Assembly: GCA_024679065.1 (NCBI GenBank)
Contig: JAGIQG010000016.1
Coordinates: forward strand, 12,462,001-12,526,000
Direction: 5' to 3'
DNA: 64,000 nucleotides
DNA from: Sphyrna mokarran
Lineage: Eukaryota
Every line of letters starts with the position of its first letter. Positions within the stretch are counted from its first letter, which is position 1. Positions 52,328 to 64,000 of the stretch are shown in pieces. The position numbers were made by a program, and so were the translations under genes. The notes beneath the pieces are model-generated. The model ran no database searches. It saw nothing but the letters and a program-made list of their open reading frames with translations, and was not told the DNA's origin.

Positions 52328-55300
52328 ATGCACATGCATAATGTAGAGTTGCTTTCCGGTTTCTCCACTTTATTGTTTTCCACATGATTCCGTGATCATT
52401 GTCTTTGATTTATCTCTTAAAGTAAATAAGATGAAGGAAAATCAATATTTTATGGAAATGAATTATTTTGTCAATGGTCGTTATGATTCCAGGATATTTT
52501 GCAAAACATGCAACAATTTTAAACAGAATGCAAATCCGCATCTGTAAGATTGAGATTGTTCTTGTTATAATGGTTGGTTAAAATTTGGAATATTTGAAAT
52601 GTGATGACATATCGTGTGTTGGATTGATGATGGTTTACATTTCTTGTTAGAAAGAAAGACTTACTGCTGACAGAGTTAGAACAACGAAAGGCAGGCTCTG
52701 AAACGAAATACTGGGAAGAAAACAAGAGAAAGAATGTTTGAATATAAATTATCCCTGGACGGGTGTTGCGTGATAGTGCAATGGGGTCTATTTGAGAAAT
52801 TTACAGCACCGCTTTTGAAACTAGCAGAATCAGAACAGCTGTCTAATAGCAACAGAACATTTTTGGCATATGCTGGAAATAAGGCTTGCAACATTGTAAC
52901 GCTATGAATCGTCAGATGTGTTCAGACCAACGAACTCATCTGTCCCAAGCAAGCTGGACCTTTGTCTTTTTCTTTTATTTTGTTGCTTTGCAATTTATTG
53001 CACCTCAAATAAGATCTGCATTTGCTTCAAAACATTTGAAAATTCATTGGCTTACACTTTCGCATCAATTTTCTGTCTGAATTGAAATTTGATAATAGGG
53101 GAGGAGTTAAACATACATAATACGTGATGGGGTTTTGGGCGTGGAGCACACTATTGAAAAACTTTAGCAAAAGCACCCGCTTTAGAGCTGTCCGATAACG
53201 GTCCGACTTACTATTATAGTAATGTAAAGTTTAGTAATTAGTCATAAGTCAGGATATCATAATCACCACAATTAATTTACGGTGAAATCCCCCAATATAT
53301 CATTGTAGTTACCCAACATTCACGCTGGGTTCTGTGGTGTAGTTGTTCAAAATTAGTGAAAGGATCACAATTGTGGAAAATGTGGATCTCAATACAGAGT
53401 ACAAATTGGTGCAAACTCTAAATCAGCGAATGTTGGAATTGTGTCATATGCGAAACGGGAATGCCTACCCTCTCACCAAACTGATGGGTTATTGTCGGAA
53501 GGAGATGAAGGAAATACCTCACTGGGATAGATGGGTATTCAATGTAAAGATCAAGCATGTGATGCATTGATGAGATGGGATGATTTGAAAAGTAAAAACG
53601 AATTGTCGCTTCGGGTAAGCTGATATTTGGACAAGGTAGGGCAGATTTTAGGATGCAATTCATTTGTTGGTCAACAGAAACAACAAAGATGATAAAAGTT
53701 TTTTTGTGTTTAAAATCACAGTTTAGATAGCAGCTATCGATGTATGAAAATATTTCTGCAAGGAGAAAGACGTTAGGCTCTAATTTATAACCCTATACCA
53801 CTGCAGTTTGAATTCGGTATAAGATTGACATTGGCAAATGTGTTGATAGCAAGCTAGAGTAATGCGAAACTATTTAAGGCAAAGACAAATAATCAGAATA
53901 TTCTCCTGCCTGGGATCCAACGGAAAAAAAAAAGATTTATATTTGAAAGATGTTACGAAGCACACTAAATACGATTATATAAATGGGGAAGGTAGAAACT
54001 GGAACTGAAATAACAGAAAGAAATTGAAACATCTATTCCACTAGAACGATTGGAATATTTTGGCTTTAACTTGATGCATATTCTAACGAAAGTAAAGTAA
54101 AATTGAACAAGTAAACTGACAGTTTCTCTCGGTGCTATTCGTGCCCTCGATCGTGTTTTTAATTGAACTATTTTTTGATACATTAACCGCAACCAGAGCC
54201 ATCTGAACCATAAGGAGACAGATGGACACGTACTTCAAACTTATTAGATAAGATAGCCTGAGGGACAATAAGATGTTACCCTGATATTGAGATAGCGTTT
54301 AAGTATGTAAATAGGTTACATGTGAAGTTCTTATGTATAGGAAATCAGTCCAAATTGGACACATTTGATGATTTGGAACAGCTTGAAAATATTCACAAAA
54401 ATCTCAGTCATAAATACTATTCCACAAATAACATGGCTTGGAATGATTAATGGATAGCGCAGTCGAACAAAAAATAAATAAGTAAATAATCAAGTTATTG
54501 ACAGATCTTCCACTGTGGAGTCTCAAAAAAAGGAGAAAATTAAATACATCACTCCCTGTCAAAAAAATAAAAAAATGAAATGAAAGGCTAAATACATTCT
54601 TTTCTAAAAAAAAGTGTATTGGCTGTTAACACATCTGGTATCGAACTTGCAAAAGACAGATACATTGAGAGTTCTGGGATATTTTGTGTTCGTGCATGAT
54701 GTTATTTTGCACGATGTTGATTGAGGTGATTTCCATCTGTGGATTGTCATGCGGAGTGGATCATCAATCTAACTATTCGAGAGTAAATTATTTGGGCAAC
54801 AGCGTGATGATACAGTTGGAAGTGGAACAAAGTTATGCAGAAATGTGGCAACAAGAGCCGGACAAATTAATTATGCAATATCATAAATGGGCAGTTGAAA
54901 ATAGAATATCAGGAAATCGACGAAGCATTAAAAATCAGCTGAATAATTCTGAGGACGCTAACAAACCTGACGACCATTCGACTGATGGGAATTAGCATTC
55001 ATATTTGTTGGAGGGCCTCTTTATCCAATGAATGTCATGGGATCTTGTGCGTTCAGCAACCCCACGGAAGAACAGTAAAGTGGAGAAATAAGCAAATGAC
55101 CTGGATATCTGTAGTTCGTTTGACCCGAGAAAGCAAATCTATATCACTGATCTAGAATTTGAATAATCCGAGAGGGAAAACACAGGTTAAAATAAAAAAA
55201 AAAATCGAAGGGCCATTCATTTAGAGTTGAAAATAATACACAACTCAAATATAGTAGTTGTGGATGTCTAAAACCATGCCCCGACATTTATTGATAGTTC

Positions 55301-57491
55301 TATACCAATTAAACATTTTAACATTACCAAAGAGGAGAAATGAATTAATAGCACATTGAGCAGGAGGAGATCCAGTGAAGGGGGCAACAAAATTCATCAT
55401 GGTGATACCACGTAAAAGTATGTCTTTTTTTTTTAAGTATAGCTGCAGATAGACAATTTGCTATAAAAATGGAGGCTGGCTTTCCGAGTTACATTTAAAG
55501 GATCATTGACCTATATTACTGGCTCACATGTAAAAGAGATAGTGTTTTTTTTTATTCAGAATCCAAGCATAAGGTAGAGTGTTCTTGTTGGATCCTCGAA
55601 ACTCAACTGAACACCAGCGAGATCATTGTTAATATTTGCCATTGATGGAGGTGTTTAAAGCATTGCAGCTGAGTCCTGAGCAATGGCGCGGAATCTTCCC
55701 GGGAACAGAGATCAAATTCTGAGGTTTGCATTCCGATCGTAATCTCAATTTTTGCCTTCAAGTAACAAACATGTTGACTTCCCGAAGGTTCTAGTTGCCA
55801 CGAAAATATCAGGTTACATGCCCAATGCCTAGACATGACTCGATATACATTGAGCGGAATATAGACCGGCAGGCCATGTGATCGCCGCCAGACTGAAATA
55901 GTAACGGACACATCATTAGTGGAATGTATTTAAATTAGCATCGATAGCTAACCACCTACATAGCTGTTTGGAGTTCATCAGCATAGGAAATGTCAGAGAG
56001 GCTGAGGAAATGTTAATACGATCCACAAAATGTGCGGTTATGAAATAAGGCATTGTTTCACTACCAGTACTTTACCATTCTCCTATGGCTCACTCTAAGA
56101 AATAAGAAATAGGAAAATCAGGAGCTGAAATTTGCAGCAGAATTCTTTAGCATGCCTCCCGACGATTGGACAACGGGCCACGCAATGCATTCTCAACTAT
56201 GTATTTGATTTTTTTTGAGTGCTCGCCCAATGGCGAAAGGAGAGTGGGATTGTAAAGGGTTTAATAATCATACTGATAACTATGGAAGGATGTAGCAGTC
56301 ATTGACATACTGTGCCAGATAAAAAGGATAAACAGAGACAAACCACACACACACACAATGAACGCAATGTTTAATTGCAGGTCAGCAAGTAGAAAGTGAG
56401 AAAGATACTATGCTGGGAAAAAAAAAATCTTTCGGATAAGCAATTGGAATGTTGCTTAATTGCTGGAACGTGAAAAGTTAGTTGAAAGAAGTGCTTAGTT
56501 GATGCAACAAAAAAAACCATCATGACGATTGGATATTATAATTAAACAATTATATTGAGTTTCAAACAATACTTTTACATGAGCAAATCTTAAACAATAA
56601 TGATGATTGACAGAAATAACTGCTTTTCATTTTTATAGGCAGATGCTAGTTGTAATTATCGTTACACTTTGTTTCCCAATCTTGTTACGAATATCTGTCA
56701 CCAAATAACAGTATTTCACTTTTATTTCTTTACCAGTTCCCATATGGCGGCGTTGTTTCTTTTGTGCACGTTCCAATAGTGCATTTTTCATATGCACGTT
56801 TTATCCTATTCTAATGCGTTCTCCATATTTTTCCAGACACTGTAACGTCATTGTTAAATTAATAAGGTTTGCCTCAAGTAAATTGGCAAAAAGGTTGTCA
56901 TATGACTCTGATAAAGGCAATGTTTCAATTGGAAAACCGTGGGCAGGTGAAAAACTCCATTCCATTCACTGAGATAGATTTCCCTTAATTTAATGTGAAC
57001 CTTCGGTAATGTGGAGGTTGTTTGTCATTAGTATCAACAATCAAGTATTATTTCACGACACATCATATTGCAATTCTCAGGGCAGATTTGGGTTATCCTA
57101 GGAAAGATCGCAGCATCTATAAATTAAGCAAGACTTCGACGTCACTTCATTATAATGGGAGTTACTCTTGTGTTCTGACTGTTTTGATTTAAAGCGGGAT
57201 AGCATACATCCTTGCTCACTCTTTCCTACATTTGAATTCAGAATTTCGAAAAGAGGTTGACGCTTAAGTTTTTTTTTAATTCATTTGATTCCACATGTTT
57301 AGCCTCAGGAATGCCACTCGCCACCTATGTTCACGGGGACTACAAACTCATCGCGTTTGACTCCGTAGTTAGCAGGTTAGACAAGTTACTGATTTGGAAA
57401 AAAAACAAAGATTGAAAAGTACACTGCAAATTATAGCATGAATCACACATCACATATACCGCTTCCAGCCTGCTGCTTTTTTTTTTAAGTT

Positions 57492-57678
57492 ATGACCATG
57501 GGTGATCATTTATTCCAATACGCCGATCCTGCTTTACATTTTCCATATTAGTTGATCTCTTTCGCGACATCAGTTATATCAAGTTCATTCTTGAAATCAG
57601 ACGATGCTTTCTGTGGTAGCGAATTCCACATATTCACACTCTCTGGGTGAACAAAATTCTTCTCATCTCATTCCTGAT
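57492..57678 (-). mobile_element. Old CR1 3' fragment
   Basis: CTGTGGTAGCGAATTCCACATATTCACACTCTCTGGGTGAACAAAATTCTTCTCATCTC is the reverse complement of FFTQRV..WNSLP. Confidence 0.7.
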
Positions 57679-58310
57679 AGAGTCCTGGAATTACAGAATC
57701 ATGGAGGTTTATGGCCTGGAAATACACACCTCGGCCTTACTTGTCCATCCCACTCTTTTCTTTTTAAACCGCGAAGCTGGTCCCAATTGCTCACAATTGG
57801 GCCATATCCCTCAGTGTCCATTTACTCGTGTAACTGTCTAAACCACATTTTAAGACAATATATTTCCAAGTCTGTTGCTATTTGTTACCTTGTTCCAGAC
57901 ACTCGCTATCCTCTGTGTGGATAAAAAAAAAGTCCCTCTGGACACTTTTGCGTCTCGCCCCTCTCACCTTAAATCTGTTTTAGGCTGCCTTACCTTGGGA
58001 AAATATGTTGACTATCCAGTTGACCCATACAACGCATTATTTTATATACCTCCATAAGATCGTCTATTTTATCTCTGAGATAAAACAGCTTATCCCCCTT
58101 CCTGGATGAGAAGGGAATGGTTTAGTTAGGAGGGGCATTGCTTTTTATTTTGGTCGGCACAACATCGAAGGCCGAAGGGCCTGTTCTGTGCTGTATTGTT
58201 CTATGTTCTATGTTCTATGTTCCTCAAAGTGTAGCGGCCAAATCTGGACTCCCAGGCGATCGCGGCGCCTACAGTATGCATTTAGCCTCTTGTCAGAATG
58301 TTATAAGTTT
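57679..58310 (-). mobile_element. Old CR1 3' fragment hosting a young insertion
   Basis: Tail AGAATCATGGAGGTTTATGGCCTGGAAATACACACCTCGGCC and CCTCTCACCTTAAA (FKVRG). The sequence continues past 58224. Confidence 0.72.
58104..58219 (+). mobile_element. Very young CR1 3' tip with probable 5-bp TSD (TTCCT)
   Basis: About 110 bp nearly identical to 22125-22236. TTCCT at 58099-58103 and 58220-58224. Confidence 0.9.
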
Positions 58311-61254
58311 TGTTGAAACCTGCTCTCGCCCGTCTGAACTTGGATGAATATGAACCAAACCGTCTTAATGTCAACTCATAATCTCGCAGGACGAAACGGA
58401 AATGCTCACCCCAGAAATAACGTGTTTATTTGGGAAGGAATCCTGAGCAAGCTAATATGCGTCGACTGTAATTTTAAATATTGCTAATCATTTCTACTGA
58501 AATATACAAGATCCCGCATGAAGTCAGGAGCGAAATCCAAAACAATGTTTCATCTTCGGAAATAGGCTAAAATTAGGGGTCAACATTTCTAAAAGAAGAT
58601 CCGGCATTCAGACTGAATGTGAATGGCTTTCTTGCTCACTGTCAGACGTTCGGTAATCTCTGCAATTATGATCTTCAGGGAACAGTGAAAGTGGGGAAAA
58701 TAATGTTTTAAGACATTGTTTCCTACCGTGGTAATCAAAGGCAAGCAAAACTTGGTGTTGGAGGGAATATTTGTTGTCCTACGCCAACCATAATCAATAT
58801 AAGCACAGTAGGTTCGAGAGATTGAATGCCGTAATGTCACATTTGTTTCGTACGATCTTTGAGTGAAAAGTGGATATTTGCTGAATGACAATTGCTAGAT
58901 TTTCTGCAGCTACAAATGAAAGTTAACATGCCGAACCTGGAAACGTTTAATTGTGTCTATTTTGCGAAAGGCGCACTGGGCCTAGGAAAACGTGCAAGTT
59001 TAAACAGAAAGCACCGTTTATTTAATATGAGATATGATCCATGCTGTCCCAACTTAGTATTGCGTAAGCAGTTGTAAGACAACGATTATCAATTCAAAGT
59101 AATACGTTATCTGCTCTAAACGCCCTGCTCCCCAGTATGGTAACGGCACTGTTTCAGAAGACAATTACACATTTCTCTTTTCGATGTATTGAACGCACTG
59201 CCACATTTCAACCAAGTGTAGCTTTGCTTTGTAAAATATGATCATTTCTATTTTTGTTTCATGAAACAATAATAATTTGTCAAATTATTGATGACACTGG
59301 TGATTTTCACTGGACCGTGGCGACACCTCGTATTTTCTGTCCATCTACAGTCTCTTCAATATCTACAAATATTGGGCGCCTTGTGAAATTACCTTACAAA
59401 ATATTACGTGGATTTCAGCATACAAAGAAACTTAAAGGATGTGCTACTATTGCATAACATGAAAAATGCCCATACAAATTTTCCTTCAAATGCAACGTAT
59501 GTAGCAACTGACGCAAATATGCCACACTTGCGGTAAATATTCTATGTTTAAACAGGTATAATTATTTTCGATTAGCTCCATAGATTGATTTCTATGTAAT
59601 ATTTTATTTTTATCCAAATCTAGGAATCACCACATTCTTTTTCCACCTATATCACTGACATTGCAACGCTTGTCAAACAAGGAAATGCTCACTTAATGAA
59701 TGCATTTGGATTGGAATTTCCGGCCAATGATATTTCATCATGCTAACCTGGAATATTATGTTCCCGGGAAAAAAAAAATCAGGCTTGACAAGAAATAACT
59801 TAATTACCCTGATGATTGTGTTTATTGATTAGTATACAATTTACACCTTACCTTTTTGTTGTGACGGGAAAGTCAATCTAGAATGTCCTAATTTCCTCTT
59901 TCATTACACTATCAATTTAAGCTATTGCAATTTTTCAAATGTTATGGTTTTCCACGAAAAAAAAACTGAAACCACCAATAACTATTTACGAAGATCGTCG
60001 ACCATCTCTTTGGGGAATGCACAATCCGATTAATCAACAAAAGTTTATTTTATTCTGAACTCTTTATTATTATTAATCGTGGGATATTTAACACAACTTA
60101 CAGTTTGGTGAGTTTCAAATCCTCTAAGAGTATTTGGCAAAAAATGTTTTTGTTTATTTTTTATTCTCTCTACAGACCTTCAATGAATCCAAATGAGGAG
60201 GGTTTCAATTCTTCCAAAAACGTGGCATTCCATGCACGGAGTAAAATCCATGGAACTAACACGTTACAATAAATGTCCTGAGATTTTGTAATGAAACAAA
60301 ACGGATTTCAGCATGTTTTGACGGGGAAGGGTTGATAGTAGGACGATCAGTACGTTCAGAAGTGACACTTCCCCAATGTGAGAAGGCGGAAGCACTGAAT
60401 TATTATTGGATGCACGGGATCACGTGTTGAAACAATTTTGTTTTCATCATGGCCAGATTTTATATTATTGTTGGTGCGTACTCGAAATCGGGCACATGAT
60501 TTGCCTCCAAACTGCTAATGTCCCAATTCAAATCGCAACTGATTATGAAATTTAATCACCGGAAATTTGAAGAAGGTCCGGCAGGTTTTGGCCTGATATT
60601 GTTTTTAGTGTATTCAATGTCGTTATCTAAATTATTGTTCAAGCAAATTTACTGTTCAAAACGTCAACATTATTACTTTAAATTACACCACGCGGACAAC
60701 TGTATTGTTCTGTGTCAGGCTAGTTTATGCAAGTCACATGTTTTTTTTTCATAAGCGTTAGCTTTGCAGGATTGTTTCGGCATCGTATATTGCAAAACAG
60801 ATGTTTGTGGCGCTAGTTTTTTTTTTACTTTGACACAGTTCGAAATCTTCTGAATCTTGCCTCCAAGCAGCTGGACACATCATATCGGATCAGCAATTTC
60901 ATGTTACGGGAATTGCAAAATACGTGAATCGAAGAACCCGTCGACATTCATCATGTCTTAGGTGCGACAGATGATCCGTGAATTAGACATATAAAACATT
61001 CAGATGGTCCAATAGGACATGAAAATGGCAAAAAAATGATGATAAATTTCAGGAGTCATTCTCAACCTGACTGTGGCCTATCTGTTTCCTCAACTCTTTT
61101 ATTAAGCCTGATGATCAATGCAGAACGATATAAGAATCACGTTGTTATTTGTTGGCATTTTACTCATGGAAGGATGTGAGTATCCTTCACTCTAAGAGAA
61201 ATGTGTTTACCAGGAAACTTGGTTAACAGTTTTGAAAGCATGCTACTTACCAGA

Positions 61255-61990
61255 CGCCCATCTCCCTACCAGAGACTCTAGCAAATAACTTTTGAAATTT
61301 CCTGCCTGTTACCAACAAAATTGTCCTTGTCCCAGTTGAAAATATTAACTTTTTGGACAGATCTGAATTGCTATTTTAAAATTAATAGAATTAGGTTCGC
61401 TGGTCCCAAAGTGATCCCCTCGCGAAGACTTCTGTCATCTACCTTTCCTTTTTTTTCCCTAGAAGATATCCAGTTTTACTCTGTCTCTTCCTCCTGAATG
61501 CATTCAACGTATTGCTCTCTGTCCAATCCTCTAATACTATGGGTGTCCCAGTCAATGTGGGGAAAATTAAAGTCTCTGACGATTACAACCATATTTCTGT
61601 TGGAGCTATCTGTAATCGACTTACATATTTGGTCGTTAATTTGGCGCTGACTATTTGGGGGCTTACAGTACAATCCTATCAAAGTGGTTTCCCCCTTTTT
61701 ATTTATCAGTTCAACTCAATGACCGAACCCTCGGATATAACTACTTTAAGTTCGGCCTTGATACATTCTCGAATAAAAAGAACAACTCCCCCGTTCTCTT
61801 ACCTCCTGATCTATTTTTTTCTATCCCACCGTGGAACGTTAAACTGCCAGTCCTGGCCCTCTCTTAGCCAGATTTCAGTAATTGTGATAACATCCCTTCC
61901 CCACGTACCATCAATGCCCTGAGGTCATCTGCTTTGTCAATCATGCCTCTTGCACTGAAATAATTGCACTTTAATCTGGACTTCCCTTGT
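61255..61990 (-). mobile_element. CR1 ORF2 endonuclease fragment
   Basis: ORF 61476-61682: GLYCKPPNS..VIVRDFNFPHIDW. EN start KCNYFSARG near 61960. Confidence 0.88.
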
Positions 61991-64000
61991 TCTCTGCCTT
62001 GCCCTTTCACCTTGCGGCTCCTTTCAATCCTACATGGGGTGGCAAAAAAGGTAAAATTTTATCTCATAGGGCCCTGCCTAATTATTTCTGAAGCAGTGGA
62101 TCACAGCAATAATTCAATTGATTAGTAAAACTTATTAAAGACGGGACAATAAGTCCTTTAATTCCTTGATCATCAAGCAGATAATGAAACAAAATAATAA
62201 AATGCTGCAAGTGCTCTGAAGTTCTAAAACTATATGCAGAGTGGGGACTTGCGTGACAGTTTCAATTCTACCCGAGCGACGGAAGAAGGAAAAAAAGTCG
62301 ATTGATGTTTTTTTTTATTATGCAGCCTCATTGCTTTTGTATGGCATAGCTCATTATGCCTTGCACTTTTTGAAATTTAAGACACAATGCGAGGAAACAT
62401 ACGAAGTGTGAACAGTTCTCACTTGCTGCTGGCGATGCAGCAGAGAGCTATGAAATACCCGAGGTTCTGAGAGCAACACTGGACAAACTGGAAGGCTGCA
62501 GGATATAGCCCCAAAGCTATCACGTGTTATAACTATTGGTAGTCTGGTGCAGAGAGCACTCCAAAACTGCAAGTTTGGCATGTGCGTTAGAAAGCCATGA
62601 GCATTAAATCATCACCAATATGGAAAACGTCAAGGATGGCAGACTCGCAATGGGCCACAGCCGAGTCCCGAAGGGTGACAGCTGACTCAAAATGGGCCAC
62701 AGCTCAGTCACAGCAGGTTCAGCCGTTGGAACGGACATTTTTTTTTTGTTACGCTTTAGCCGCCCATGGCTTAGGAGACCCAGCATGATAGCACCAAAAG
62801 AAAGCGTTTTATGGCAGCAGCCCCAGAGAATGTCGCCCACTCATCGAGGGTCATGCACAAAATTGCTCAGTGTTAGATGCAATTGATGCTACGATTGACA
62901 GATGGTCTCATACTCAAAAGTGTATCGCCGAGTATGTACACTCCATGACTCAAACGTCGGTGGATCTGGCAGTGACACACCTGTGCGATTTTTCAGCTGG
63001 CGTCACTGCATTTACAACACAGCACCAAAGCATCATCCAAGGATCAGTTAGAAATGCCAAGGGATTATGAAGGTTTAGAGTCCACGCTGGTGTATTCCAA
63101 CATGGAGACTGCGAGTGTGGCTACAAATTCTGACAACCAAAGTCCTGACACCAAGCTATCTCAGTGGAGGAAGCGAGATATTCGAGGTGTCACGGATAGA
63201 TCAGTTCGCTGAAAGGCAGGGCGGAATCTCAAAGCCGAGGACATCCAGAATATCATGGCCAAACGCATCAATGACATGCTTCTTACGGCGTAGAGAGAAA
63301 ACAAAACTTCGTTGCAGTACCGGGAAGGCATAGAAGAAGTGCAGTAGTCTGCTTTAGAAGTAGGCTCTCATATATTATTTTAATTTGTTAATTATGATCA
63401 AGTTGTGTGATAGCACAATTTTGGACACTAATAAATGCTATTGCACCATACAACTGAGAATAAATTGTCCCCCATAACTCTCCAGCAGGGAGGACCGTAT
63501 CTTGGCTTTCTCTGGATGAACTCGTTCTTTACCTTCTTCGGGGAACCTCCATAGCATAGCCCAATCCTGCAAGGCAGTCAAGTTATTCACTAGTTACTGC
63601 GCGTGGCATGCAGTGACATTCAATTGCAACATCTGTAGTGGTATCCCAGTGCCAAAGAGAAATTCTCCTCGAGCCCATATTGATGTTTAGTACGCACAAC
63701 ACGCCTTCTCCACTACCCCCCACCCCAATCACCACTACCACCACTGACCACCATCATCACGAAGATGTGATGGTGGGTTTCGAAGTGCAGGTGTTAGACT
63801 TGTTTGCACAACATCCTCACCCCACTGACCACCATAGAAACTCGCTAACCAGGCTCACCACTTGTGACTAATAAATAAACCTGACTGTACTTTATAATGT
63901 AACAATGGTGCAGGTGTGAGTAGGGGTACAAATTTTGTGGGCGTGTTTCAATCCGCCTGGAGCAACACAGACCCTAGAGTCAGCAAAACTTCTATTGATA

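Noticed and set aside
53300-57200. Several faint LINE/SINE-like remnants (53380-53590, 54220-54460, 54640-55020, 56095-56165, 57040-57200)
   Set aside because: Probably very old repeats, but too eroded to delimit or classify by eye.
1-64000. Prokaryotic systems (CRISPR arrays, operons, defence loci)
   Set aside because: The sequence is vertebrate-type repetitive DNA with no regularly spaced repeats or dense ORFs.

Overview
Eukaryotic, AT-rich, repeat-dense genomic DNA with no intact protein-coding gene I can name. The repeat set (CR1 LINEs with GGCCGAAGGGCCTGTT/(TTCTATG)n tails, HE1-type V-SINEs, a Rex1-like tail) points to a cartilaginous fish, probably a shark. The main structure is an old, frameshifted endogenous retrovirus on the + strand (~13320-27072). 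It has two diverged ~820-bp LTRs, a degenerate tRNA-Trp-like PBS, partial gag, protease, an RT with foamy-like motifs, a tether plus a second RNase H, integrase, an env with a very long TM ectodomain, and a PPT. It is interrupted by a near full-length CR1 and two short LINE tails. A second notable element is a CR1 family carrying a V-SINE core inside a long 3' UTR (copies at 5161-6885 and 45048-45629). The rest is CR1/L2-like LINE fragments, SINEs, microsatellites and unique non-coding DNA with a few low-confidence minus-strand exon candidates. Most ORFs in the supplied track are spurious or repeat-derived. All family assignments are by eye from motifs; no searches were run, and boundaries are approximate unless stated.
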